From IMG/VR virus record IMGVR_UViG_3300036797_000015, positions 9,826-73,825 of that record: 64,000 bases of DNA. One strand, given 5' to 3'. The first letter of the stretch is position 1, and every line of letters starts with the position of its first letter. Positions 55,313 to 64,000 of this stretch are shown here, in pieces. The notes under the pieces were generated by a model. That model was not told the origin of the DNA, did not search any database, and saw nothing but the letters and a program-made list of their open reading frames with translations. The stretch is from a virus. Its lineage: Duplodnaviria; Caudoviricetes. The translations under genes were made by a program, and so were the position numbers.

Positions 55313-58300
55313 TGAGCCTTGTCTTCGGCATGAACCAAACCGAGCTAGCGTGGGGTGCGCCATACATATCCAAGACGGATGGCGCGGATGCGATCGCTCG
55401 TATTACTACAGATTGCCAAGGCATAAAGGATATTGGGGCTTCATGGATTCGTCTATCCGCTCAATGGACGCAGTCTGAGCCTGCCAAGAACAAGTACGTC
55501 TGGACCAAAATGGATAATGCGATTAATATCGCTAGATCATTTGGTCTCAACGTGTTGCTAATCCTAGAGCATCCAAATCCAAGTTGGAGTCATACCGCAG
55601 CCGACTACGGCAACTGGGCCCAACAGGTAGCGATGCGATATGGGCCTTTAGGCACTAGTCAGGTAGACCACTTTGAGATTTGGAATGAACCTAATCTGTC
55701 TTCATTCTGGTACCCCATCCGAGCGACGGCGTACACGGAATACCTTAAGGCTGCTTACACCTCTATCAAAGCTATACACCCTAGCTCTGTAGTGCTAACC
55801 GCAGGGCTAGCAGGTGCCGTTGGTGACGACGTGGCGGGTAAGATCGGTGGTCGCACGACATCACCGACGACATACTTCCAAGGTATTGTTGACAATGGCG
55901 GATTAGATTTTTGTGATGCTATTGGTCTACACCCATATTCCTCTGATTACTTTGATCCCCAAGAGCCGGCAATCGGCAACAGGACGTTCCTCAACTACGA
56001 GTTCATTCGTGATTTGAAGAACAGCGAGGGTTTTACCACCATGCCAATATGGTGGACTGAGTGGGGATTTGATGATAAACGCAATACTGTAGATGAAGTG
56101 CTAGCTTGGGTGCCAGAGCAATTTACCATCTATCAGAATTATGTGGCAGCCGGGGACCACCTGGGGCCATTCTTCTGGTACAACTTCAAGAACTCAAGCA
56201 ATTCCGGTAGTGCTAATAGTAGTTATGGCGCTGTCACTTTCGATGGCGTCAAAAAGGCCGTGTGGTCTATCATAAGCACTTGGAACCAGGGCAACACAGG
56301 AGCTGCTTTAGCATGTACAGGCACGCTAACTGCTGCTACAGCACCTTCGCTTAAAGGTCAGTTGTCAGCTAAGGCGCAACTTGATTGTGATATTGAAGGT
56401 TTCAGGAGCGCTGATTTTGCTGCTAGTGTTGGCCTTTCTGCTGTTGTAAGGCTTCCCAATGTAAATGGCGTATTGGGTGTGGGTGTAGGTCTGTCGGGTA
56501 CTGCTTTGAAGCAGACACTATACCAATACACTTTTACCGGCACTGGCAGTACAAAGCCAACTTCACTGTTTACCGATTATGGCCAAGGATATTCTGTATC
56601 TGGTGGTGTAGCAACCAATAATGACGCTCCGCATAGCAACGGTACTTATTACTCTGGCGGCATATACAAGACGCAAGTAACCTCAGCAGATTGCTTCTCG
56701 GAGGTAGTACGCGCCGCTGGTACGCAAACTGGCACCACCTCTGATATGGCTATCGTCCGCTCAAATGCTGCTGGCACGCAGTGGATAGGTGCTACAGCGC
56801 GCTGGGGCGGTAGTGATTCTGTGCAGATTTTGATGCTTGATATACCGAATGGCATAACGACTCCACAAGAGATGGCTAATAGCAATGAGGCGTTTAAGTA
56901 CAGCAATCAAAAACTCAGAATAGTAGCGGACGGAAATGTATACAGTGTATTCATTGACGGAGTACAAACCAACTGTCAATGGATAGATGCTGATGGTGAT
57001 TACGCTGGACATGCAAACGAGTATGTAGGATTCGGCTTTCAGCATAGGTATGCCAACGGCGAATATGCGGCAGCTGGCATTCAAGGTACTTGGCAAGGTG
57101 GCGATCTGCGGCCCGCCGCTCCTGCGGCTTCGGCAACTGGTTCGCTTGCGGCCACGCTATCCCTGACCACCATCATTGCCCCAAAACTGCCCGCTTCATT
57201 GACAAACACAGCCGCACTTACGGCGGTAACCGCACCCAATATGTCAGCGGCAATCTCGTGCGTCGGTAGCTTAACGGCCGCCATAGGCGCCAAACAAGCC
57301 GTACCCGTTTCTGCCGCGGCTACCCTCACAGCGGTATCGGGGCCGGGATTCATACCGAACCTGCCTGTCTCAGCTAGCCTATCCGCGCTCGTAGAGGCGT
57401 CCGAGGTAGGCGCGTTGGCGGCAGTAGGCACACTTACGGCTGCGATAGGTGCTAAGCTAGCAATTCCGGTAGGCGTCAATGTAGGTTTGACTGCGACCGC
57501 AGCACCTCCTGGGGCAGTCACAGGCAACTTCGGCACTACAGGTACGTTGTCTGCTCCACAACCCACTCCCGCGCTGTCGGGTAATGCTTCAGCATCTGCT
57601 GCTTTAGCAGGCACTGGCATACAGGTATCATTGGCCCAATCCATATCGTGTGTTGGTACCCTACAAGCAACCTCAGTAATCCCCAGTCTACCCGCCGTGC
57701 TTACTGCGGCTTTGACGCCTACTGCTTTGCTTGGAGCGATATTGAGTGCTTCACTGACTAATACGGCCGCACTTACCGCCGTAACTGCGCCTAATTTGCC
57801 GGCCGCATTAGCAGCGAGTGCTGCGCTATCAGGAGCTATTGCTCCGCCGCCTCTGTCCGGTAATTTGGCAGCATCTTGTGCTTTGTCTGCGGTGGTACAG
57901 GAAGTTATCCAGATTGTTGGTACGCCGAACCGTAGCGCATTTGCTAGTGCAACTACTATTAGCACCGGCAACGTTGCGACCGCAGGTACTCTTCTAGCTG
58001 GCGATATTGTCGCTACTTGGGTCAGGACTGCTACTTCAGCACCGACTTGGACAGTGCCGACTAACTGGGTGAACCCCTTAGGTGGTACGACACAAGCAGC
58101 TTCTGGAACCACTTCGTGCCAGATGATCTACCATATAGTAACTAGTGCCGAGCAAACTGCCAATACTGTGTCATGGTCGCTTAGCAGTTTCTTTAGCTCT
58201 GGCCAATCTGGTGCTGTGTATTCCATAGTTCTGCGGAATGTTGATCAATCTAACCCAATTGACGCCATTAATACTGCTACTACTTCCAGTACGGGTACGA

Positions 58301-58563
58301 CGCAGGTGTTGGCAGGACTTACACCTAGCAAGGATAACTCGATGGTGCTGTCTGGTATAGCCAACAGCAGCAGCGCGACTTACACTACCGCGCCAAGCGG
58401 TTGGAATATCGAAGTTAACAATGCTGCCGGCCAGAGTGGTGGTGCCATACTGGAAAGAACCGCACTTTCGCAAGCTGGTGTTGCAATTGGGTCGACAAAC
58501 ATAACCGCATCATCATCTACACAATATGCGTCAATCACGGCCGCATTCGCAGCCGCGTTATAG
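55312..58563 (+). CDS. Minor tail protein with clan GH-A glycoside hydrolase domain and Ala/Thr-rich repeats
   Basis: FEIWNEPN acid/base, AIGLHPY, WWTEWG nucleophile; ASLTNTAALTAVTAPN occurs twice. Confidence 0.85.
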   Translation: MSLVFGMNQTELAWGAPYISKTDGADAIARITTDCQGIKDIGASWIRLSAQWTQSEPAKNKYVWTKMDNAINIARSFGLNVLLILEHPNPSWSHTAADYGNWAQQVAMRYGPLGTSQVDHFEIWNEPNLSSFWYPIRATAYTEYLKAAYTSIKAIHPSSVVLTAGLAGAVGDDVAGKIGGRTTSPTTYFQGIVDNGGLDFCDAIGLHPYSSDYFDPQEPAIGNRTFLNYEFIRDLKNSEGFTTMPIWWTEWGFDDKRNTVDEVLAWVPEQFTIYQNYVAAGDHLGPFFWYNFKNSSNSGSANSSYGAVTFDGVKKAVWSIISTWNQGNTGAALACTGTLTAATAPSLKGQLSAKAQLDCDIEGFRSADFAASVGLSAVVRLPNVNGVLGVGVGLSGTALKQTLYQYTFTGTGSTKPTSLFTDYGQGYSVSGGVATNNDAPHSNGTYYSGGIYKTQVTSADCFSEVVRAAGTQTGTTSDMAIVRSNAAGTQWIGATARWGGSDSVQILMLDIPNGITTPQEMANSNEAFKYSNQKLRIVADGNVYSVFIDGVQTNCQWIDADGDYAGHANEYVGFGFQHRYANGEYAAAGIQGTWQGGDLRPAAPAASATGSLAATLSLTTIIAPKLPASLTNTAALTAVTAPNMSAAISCVGSLTAAIGAKQAVPVSAAATLTAVSGPGFIPNLPVSASLSALVEASEVGALAAVGTLTAAIGAKLAIPVGVNVGLTATAAPPGAVTGNFGTTGTLSAPQPTPALSGNASASAALAGTGIQVSLAQSISCVGTLQATSVIPSLPAVLTAALTPTALLGAILSASLTNTAALTAVTAPNLPAALAASAALSGAIAPPPLSGNLAASCALSAVVQEVIQIVGTPNRSAFASATTISTGNVATAGTLLAGDIVATWVRTATSAPTWTVPTNWVNPLGGTTQAASGTTSCQMIYHIVTSAEQTANTVSWSLSSFFSSGQSGAVYSIVLRNVDQSNPIDAINTATTSSTGTTQVLAGLTPSKDNSMVLSGIANSSSATYTTAPSGWNIEVNNAAGQSGGAILERTALSQAGVAIGSTNITASSSTQYASITAAFAAAL

Positions 58564-58588
58564 TAGGGAAACAAAGGAAGGTAATGAA

Positions 58589-58936
58589 ATGAGAGTACTG
58601 GCAAGCAAGGACTCGATTGCTTCGACATACGTGTCTGGGCATACCTACATCGGCCTGGCGACTGGTGACCCCAGCACAAGCACTACGGTGTCGAACGAGG
58701 CCACCGGTGGTTCACCGGCTTACGCTCGCAAAGCTACCACATGGTCGACTGGCGGCTCTAACACTGGTATTCAGAATGGCACTCAGGTGTCAATTGATTG
58801 CCCGGCAGGTACGTTCACTTACATGCTTGTTGCCGCAGCAGCTACCGGCGTACAATGGGATAACTGCACGATCTCGAGCACGACTCTGTCGGCGAGTGGT
58901 CCGCTGATTGTTACACCTACAGTTACGGTGACCTAA
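58589..58936 (+). CDS. Minor tail protein
   Basis: YIGLATGDP..EATGGSPAYARK; AAAGGAAGG RBS. Confidence 0.75.
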   Translation: MRVLASKDSIASTYVSGHTYIGLATGDPSTSTTVSNEATGGSPAYARKATTWSTGGSNTGIQNGTQVSIDCPAGTFTYMLVAAAATGVQWDNCTISSTTLSASGPLIVTPTVTVT

Positions 58937-59313
58937 TGACAGGAGCGGCAGAACCTAAGCTATCCGCTGTTGTCTGGCCGCCATATATCGGTCTTGGTAC
59001 CGATTTGTCAACTTGGCTGCCACCAGACCACAGAGCGCAAATTAGATGGCGCCCCATGTGTACCGAGCATGGAGTTGAGGCTAAGTGTAAATGCCTTGAC
59101 CCGCGCAAGGCCACATTCGCTGGTAAGGCTAGGGCTTGGGTACCATCTGGCACTTATACCAGGTTCCTGTTCTTCCACGCCCCTGATGGCCCGATGACAG
59201 CATTTAAGATGTTGCCACACCCATTCACCCAGGTATTTGATGGATACATTGACATCGATCCCATTATCAATGATAATCCCATCGAAGGAAAAATGGATGC
59301 GATAGCCCGGTAA
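58936..59313 (+). CDS. Hypothetical tail-region protein
   Basis: TAATG coupling. Confidence 0.65.
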   Translation: MTGAAEPKLSAVVWPPYIGLGTDLSTWLPPDHRAQIRWRPMCTEHGVEAKCKCLDPRKATFAGKARAWVPSGTYTRFLFFHAPDGPMTAFKMLPHPFTQVFDGYIDIDPIINDNPIEGKMDAIAR

Positions 59314-59359
59314 GGTTAGCCCGAGACTGGATCGGGTGAAATCAGCTAGGATAAATCCG

Positions 59360-60742
59360 ATGCCTCTGAAGAGAAGTAATGTTGAGTTTGCCAAGCGTGT
59401 ATTCCTAGACCGCTTGACGACGGATCAACAGCCCCTATTCCAACCAGCCCTAATCGACGTAGGCGCAGGTGATGAATATGTATATGGTGGCACTTATGAT
59501 CCTTTCAATTTCGGCATTGGCGCTGATTGCTCTGGGAGTGCTGGAATATTTTTGGGAGCCGCCCAAAATGGACCTGGCGGGATGGTATGGGGCCGATTAT
59601 TCAGCACTGAGACATTTCCTGGACCTCTTCAGGGCTGGCGTAAAGTCGCTTCGCGCAAAGCTCAAATAGACGCCAAGCCGACTATGGCAGTGGCTATTCA
59701 CCATGGTGGTGGAGGCCCAAACTCGCATATGAACTGCTGGATCGACGGTTGGCTTATGGAGTCGAACGGAGACCACGGAACGTGTACAACTCCATATGGC
59801 GCTATCTCGATGGACGACCCATACTGGAATGACTGGTGGGTCTACACCGACCCGATTGAAGAAGACACGACATTTAGGCAGGCGATGAGCTACCCACTTG
59901 GACTAGACTACGCTGGCGGGCATATTGCCGGTGCCAGTCTGAAGAACGCAGGCGTCGTATTTGTTTGCCGCTATATCACCGATGGCGGTAGTGGCTTGCC
60001 GAATAAGCGTATGACTCCTGATGAGGCACACGACCTACTTACCAACGGGATTGAAATTGTATCAAACTGGGAGAGTTACGCCAATAGAATGCGTGAGGGT
60101 TACGCAGCCGGGAAGCAAGATGCTGAAGATGCCCAAGATTGGCACCATCAGTGTGGAGGACCAGATTTGGCGCCTATCTATTTCAGCTGTGACTATGATG
60201 AGCCTGAAGCTGACCAAGCTGCTATCAATGCTTATCTACAAGCGTGCGGTGATGTTCTTGGCGGACCCCAACGTGTTGGAATATACGGAGGATACTGGCC
60301 TTTATCTCGTGCACTTAACGCAGGGGTCTGCCATTACTCCTGGCAAACTGAAGGTTGGTCCGGTGGGAATATTGACTCCCGTATTAACATATTCCAGCGA
60401 AACAATGCCGGGTACAAATACATCGATGGGATAGAGTGTGACATCAATGAAGCGCACACGACTGATTTTGGGCAGTGGTCTACGGCTTCAACCATACCGC
60501 CTGTCCCGCCGGTTCAGCCTGTTGCGACGAGACTCACGGACTCAGACTACATTCGACTCATGTATGAACAACTGTGTGGACCTATCGGCACTACAGGATA
60601 TGGTACTGGGTGGCCCCAAAATGGCCAAGACAAAGACGGTAACAACCTCTTCATGAACGACACGATTGTCAAGATTCTCGGTTTGGTTACGCCCAAGCCA
60701 AAGACCCCAGCTAAGAAAGCACCAGCGAAGAAGGCAACATGA
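59360..60742 (+). CDS. lysA: Lysin A (NlpC/P60-like peptidase plus DUF1906/GH25-like hydrolase)
   Basis: GADCSG..SHM; GLDYAGG..VCRY..PIYFSCD..GIYG..WQT. Confidence 0.85.
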   Translation: MPLKRSNVEFAKRVFLDRLTTDQQPLFQPALIDVGAGDEYVYGGTYDPFNFGIGADCSGSAGIFLGAAQNGPGGMVWGRLFSTETFPGPLQGWRKVASRKAQIDAKPTMAVAIHHGGGGPNSHMNCWIDGWLMESNGDHGTCTTPYGAISMDDPYWNDWWVYTDPIEEDTTFRQAMSYPLGLDYAGGHIAGASLKNAGVVFVCRYITDGGSGLPNKRMTPDEAHDLLTNGIEIVSNWESYANRMREGYAAGKQDAEDAQDWHHQCGGPDLAPIYFSCDYDEPEADQAAINAYLQACGDVLGGPQRVGIYGGYWPLSRALNAGVCHYSWQTEGWSGGNIDSRINIFQRNNAGYKYIDGIECDINEAHTTDFGQWSTASTIPPVPPVQPVATRLTDSDYIRLMYEQLCGPIGTTGYGTGWPQNGQDKDGNNLFMNDTIVKILGLVTPKPKTPAKKAPAKKAT

Positions 60743-61104
60743 GCAATGACCCGGGCAAAGACCAACTCGATGGCATATCCACCGGCGACTCGGTGCTGAA
60801 GACTTCTACAGGTCAGCAGATCATCGTCCACGATGGTCAAGTGCTACCTTGGCGCCCAGTCACGCATTATCGCGTGGTGAAGGATTCTGGCGACCGTAAC
60901 GTCACGCGCAATTCCGGCAGCTACGGTCGCGCCGGTCTGGGAGGTCCGCTAGCCGGTAACGCCTGGGATACGCCTAGCACACTTGATGCCATGACCGTCT
61001 TGTCGGAGATTTATACGGTCGTGTATCAAACTCCTGACGGCAAGAACCTGACGGGCATGGATATCCTGATTGAGCTATACAAAGGCATGAAGGGCATCAA
61101 GTGA
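60739..61104 (+). CDS. Hypothetical protein in the lysis cassette
   Basis: ATGA coupling. Confidence 0.65.
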   Translation: MSNDPGKDQLDGISTGDSVLKTSTGQQIIVHDGQVLPWRPVTHYRVVKDSGDRNVTRNSGSYGRAGLGGPLAGNAWDTPSTLDAMTVLSEIYTVVYQTPDGKNLTGMDILIELYKGMKGIK

Positions 61105-61886
61105 CAACTCTGGCATTTAGCAAGGCGCTTGACGGTGTATATGATGTCAGGCACCGGCTATTCACAATCAATGGGTTTATGGGCCCATGGGATTGGGCAA
61201 TGCCAGCAGATACCGCTCGTGAGCTTGGCGAGGAAGTTGATTGGTTCGCTTTGGATTATGCGAACTTCTCATTCCCGCTCGGAGTTGGCGCCAAGGATGG
61301 CACCAAGAAGATGATTGACCTGATCAACGCTTGGCCTGGTACGTTCATGTTTGCTGCCTATAGCGAAGGCACTATCGTCGCCAAGAATGTTGAGCTGGAA
61401 TTGGCATCAGGTTCGCTCCAGCACAGGTATGACGACTGGGTGTGCTCGGTTAAGTGGGGTGATGCTTGCCGTGAGAAGGGCAAGTGGTTCGGCGACCCGA
61501 AAGACCCTGGCGGGCAAGGCATCTCAGGTCCTGACAACTGGGTGAATACGCCAGACAAGATTCGCAGTTTCGTGTACCCCTGGAATGAGGGTGACGTATA
61601 CACTAACTGCCCGGATACCCAAGCTGGCAAACGCATGACGCTTGTCTACCAGCTAGTCATCGAACGCTGGAATGGCGAGCTAAAGTCAATCTTGGCAGAA
61701 GCCCAGGATCTGCTAAAGGAGCCGCTTGCTAATGTCATTAGCATTGTTTCTGCCATCTTCAAATACATCAACTTCGTTGGGCCTCAAGCACAAGCACCGC
61801 ATATGAACTACCCGATAGATGATGCTGTAGCGTTCATACGGCAGAAGATGGTTGAAGTTCCAGCACGTACTGTAATCACTGTTTAG
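61101..61886 (+). CDS. lysB: Lysin B (cutinase-like mycolylarabinogalactan esterase)
   Basis: LFTINGF, AYSEG nucleophile elbow, GDVY, PHMNY; position. Confidence 0.8.
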   Translation: MTTLAFSKALDGVYDVRHRLFTINGFMGPWDWAMPADTARELGEEVDWFALDYANFSFPLGVGAKDGTKKMIDLINAWPGTFMFAAYSEGTIVAKNVELELASGSLQHRYDDWVCSVKWGDACREKGKWFGDPKDPGGQGISGPDNWVNTPDKIRSFVYPWNEGDVYTNCPDTQAGKRMTLVYQLVIERWNGELKSILAEAQDLLKEPLANVISIVSAIFKYINFVGPQAQAPHMNYPIDDAVAFIRQKMVEVPARTVITV

Positions 61887-61896
61887 GAGGATAGAA

Positions 61897-62190
61897 ATGG
61901 GACACCCGAACCCAGCTTCGACGTCAACGCATAAGGTGTTGGTAAACCCCAAGGGCGATGGCACGCTAGCACGCAAAGCCGGGTCTGTTACATTCTTCGA
62001 CAAGGTCAAGGGTTATTACCATACCTTGATCACTGTGGTTGGTAGCATTCTGGCCTTGCTTAACCAGTTCACGCCGCTTACCAACTTCCTGCCTGATAAT
62101 GTCAGGGGCGCTATCACTGCGGCCATTCTATTCCTGACTGCGGTAAGCAATTTCCTGGTGAGCAATCAGCAATGGGTGAATGACCTTTAG
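61897..62190 (+). CDS. Holin (putative, 2 TM)
   Basis: Two hydrophobic helices; TAGGAGG RBS. Confidence 0.7.
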   Translation: MGHPNPASTSTHKVLVNPKGDGTLARKAGSVTFFDKVKGYYHTLITVVGSILALLNQFTPLTNFLPDNVRGAITAAILFLTAVSNFLVSNQQWVNDL

Positions 62191-62210
62191 GTCCACCTAG
62201 ACACCGACTC

Positions 62211-62459
62211 ATGCGTGCCATAGGGTATGTAATCACTGCTGCCATCATTTTGTTTACCAACGGAATGAGTATGGCCGTAGCACACGCAGACCCGTTGCAA
62301 GTAATCGAGTGTCCATATTCACACGCTCACGTATATAGGCTAGATCAATGTCCGCCAACACCAAGTGGTCCTATTACGCCAATTCCGACAGGCGGCGGTG
62401 GATCTTGTGGAGTGATCTGCGGAGTGGGCAAGATATTAGGAGGTGTTCTGGGTCTGTGA
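62211..62459 (+). CDS. Predicted secreted small protein
   Basis: Signal peptide ending AHA-DP; Cys pairs; Pro/Gly linker. Confidence 0.65.
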   Translation: MRAIGYVITAAIILFTNGMSMAVAHADPLQVIECPYSHAHVYRLDQCPPTPSGPITPIPTGGGGSCGVICGVGKILGGVLGL

Positions 62460-62980
62460 AAGTGCTTACCAAGCTTGATGATTGGTGGGATCGCACAGCA
62501 CCTGACCGTAGGCTAGATCGCAATGCCGGCAACATGTCGGTGCTTATTGGCTTGATCCTACCATCCCTGGCTATCGTGCTATGGGGGCCTGTCCCCACAT
62601 CCGCACTGGCGGGTATGCCACTAGGGTTACAGCTATCTATGTGCGCCTGTATATTCACCGGGTGCTTGACTAAGCTACACGGCGCTTTATGTCATTCTCG
62701 ATATTACTTCCCCAATGTGCCAATCAAGACCTGTTACCGTATAGCCTTTGGCGGAGCACCATTTGCTTCAGCCGGACTAATCGTGTATGGGTACTTCCTG
62801 CTGTTGAATACCCCAACATGGATATCATCCTTTGGTGCGGTGTTCTACCCAATCTTGGGAGTGGGAATATCAGTACAGGCTTTGTTCTATATGCTTGAAG
62901 CCCGCCGCATTGAGCATAACGAGCGTCGAATGATTCATGAAGCTAAGCAGGTGATACGTGAGCAACGTAATTCTGACTAG
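62456..62980 (+). CDS. Four-TM membrane protein
   Basis: Four hydrophobic segments; GTGA coupling. Confidence 0.75.
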   Translation: MKVLTKLDDWWDRTAPDRRLDRNAGNMSVLIGLILPSLAIVLWGPVPTSALAGMPLGLQLSMCACIFTGCLTKLHGALCHSRYYFPNVPIKTCYRIAFGGAPFASAGLIVYGYFLLLNTPTWISSFGAVFYPILGVGISVQALFYMLEARRIEHNERRMIHEAKQVIREQRNSD

Positions 62981-63395
62981 CATCTTGGGTCTTGGAAGTG
63001 CTGGTGGCATAGGCTCTTTGGGTTGGACCATGTACACTAGTGTGCGAGACAAAGACTTTCGGCAGGCTAGGCAAAAGGGTGAGATTAAACTCACAGACGC
63101 GCAGTATACCGAGATTGCTGCTAGAGCCTCACAAACGAAAACAGCCGAGCAGATCCAGGCTGGCGAATACTGGATGAACCAGTTTGCTGCTATCCGTAAG
63201 GAATTAGAGCGCCAAAACAGGCGTTGGGATAAGTTGAAGCCACAGCTACACAAGCACAAGGTTTGGGATGATTACGTCGCAGCCAGATTATTAGAGTGTG
63301 ATATCACTGTGGATTCTGCGCCATCACTGGAGATACCAGAGGATGATGAAATAGAGGAAGAACAAGATGGCACCGACAAGACACCCAATAGTTGA
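62958..63395 (+). CDS. Single-TM coiled-coil protein
   Basis: N-terminal TM then heptads. Confidence 0.7.
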   Translation: MSNVILTSILGLGSAGGIGSLGWTMYTSVRDKDFRQARQKGEIKLTDAQYTEIAARASQTKTAEQIQAGEYWMNQFAAIRKELERQNRRWDKLKPQLHKHKVWDDYVAARLLECDITVDSAPSLEIPEDDEIEEEQDGTDKTPNS

Positions 63396-63846
63396 CATGG
63401 TTCTGACTGACGAGTCAGCACGCTATATTGCCATAATCGAGCACAAGTACAAGGAACTTCTGCTTGAGAACCTACGGTTTAGGACACTTATGGAAGTGCT
63501 TACGGACGAACAGTGGGACGAATACCCATTTTCAGCAGAGGACCGGGAGATCAAGAAACTGGCCGTAGATGCGCTAAAGCGGAGGGTAGGGCTGAGTGAC
63601 GAGGACGCCCGCAAACTCGTTGATGAACGCTGGGAGCGGTATAACCCTCCCGAGCCTACTGAGGCCGCGCTAGCCACAGTCAAGAAGTATGCTGTAGGTA
63701 CCGGACCCACGCCCTGGACGATTACTACGGCTAGGCCGATTGGGGATTCAGGCCCAAGTTTCGACGTAGACAAGCACCTTCAGGGGCGCGGTCGCGTTCT
63801 GGAGCGTAGACGCCAGAAGGCTATCGATGAAGATCGGCACCGCTGA
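63367..63846 (+). CDS. Hypothetical protein
   Basis: 159-aa ORF ending the + strand run. Confidence 0.65.
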   Translation: MAPTRHPIVDMVLTDESARYIAIIEHKYKELLLENLRFRTLMEVLTDEQWDEYPFSAEDREIKKLAVDALKRRVGLSDEDARKLVDERWERYNPPEPTEAALATVKKYAVGTGPTPWTITTARPIGDSGPSFDVDKHLQGRGRVLERRRQKAIDEDRHR

Positions 63847-64000
63847 GCCCTTTGATGTGGTCTGGCCTGAAGCCGTGCCAAACAGTTACATCACCCTGGC
63901 GGGGGTAGTGCTTGACTACCACCATTGGTAGCTGGGTCTTACCCGATTGCTCTACCAGGGCCTTAGCCTCTGGGTCGGCGTCGATGTCGATGTCTGTATA
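63821..64000 (-). CDS. nrdH: NrdH-like glutaredoxin, 3' part (start outside the window)
   Basis: Minus frame YTDIDIDADPEAKALVEQSGKTQLPMVVV..WHGFRPDHIKGL, stop TAG at 63823-63821; not in the ORF track. Confidence 0.85.
   Translation of the reverse strand, partial: YTDIDIDADPEAKALVEQSGKTQLPMVVVKHYPRQGDVTVWHGFRPDHIKGLSGADLHR

Noticed and set aside
57081-58112. Long minus-strand ORFs (also 5783-6745, 45142-45870, 24990-25643)
   Set aside because: Antisense shadows of well-supported + strand genes, with no motifs or RBS.
1-64000. Integrase, repressor, transposase, CRISPR array or rRNA
   Set aside because: No supporting motifs or repeats seen in this window; lifestyle cannot be settled without the rest of the genome.

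Overview
The window is a 64-kb segment of a mycobacteriophage-like (actinobacterial) siphovirus genome. Genes are tightly coupled and nearly all on the + strand. Order: (i) early, replication and nucleotide-metabolism arm (about 1-23.6 kb) with a Cas4/RecB-like exonuclease, Sak4-like ATPase, SSB, a split DnaE, divergent ThyX, RuvC-like resolvase and primase-helicase; (ii) a repeat-rich non-coding putative origin; (iii) packaging and head genes, with an array of very basic small ORFs between TerS and TerL and three unrelated protease types; (iv) tail genes; (v) a LysA/LysB/holin cassette; (vi) the 3' end of a minus-strand NrdH. No integrase, repressor, CRISPR array or canonical tRNA was seen. 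The best candidate novel system is a putative DNA-base (or glycan) hypermodification pathway: TylF-like O-methyltransferase, GT-A glycosyltransferase, UDP-galactopyranose-mutase-like flavoprotein, HAD nucleotidase, Nmad1/DUF1599-like protein and a ThyX lacking its canonical His residues. Other highlights are a tRNA-like RNA at 524-601, the basic-protein array, an intein-less split DnaE, and a +1 rather than -1 tail-chaperone frame relationship. All family calls come from motif recognition by eye; no database searches were run.
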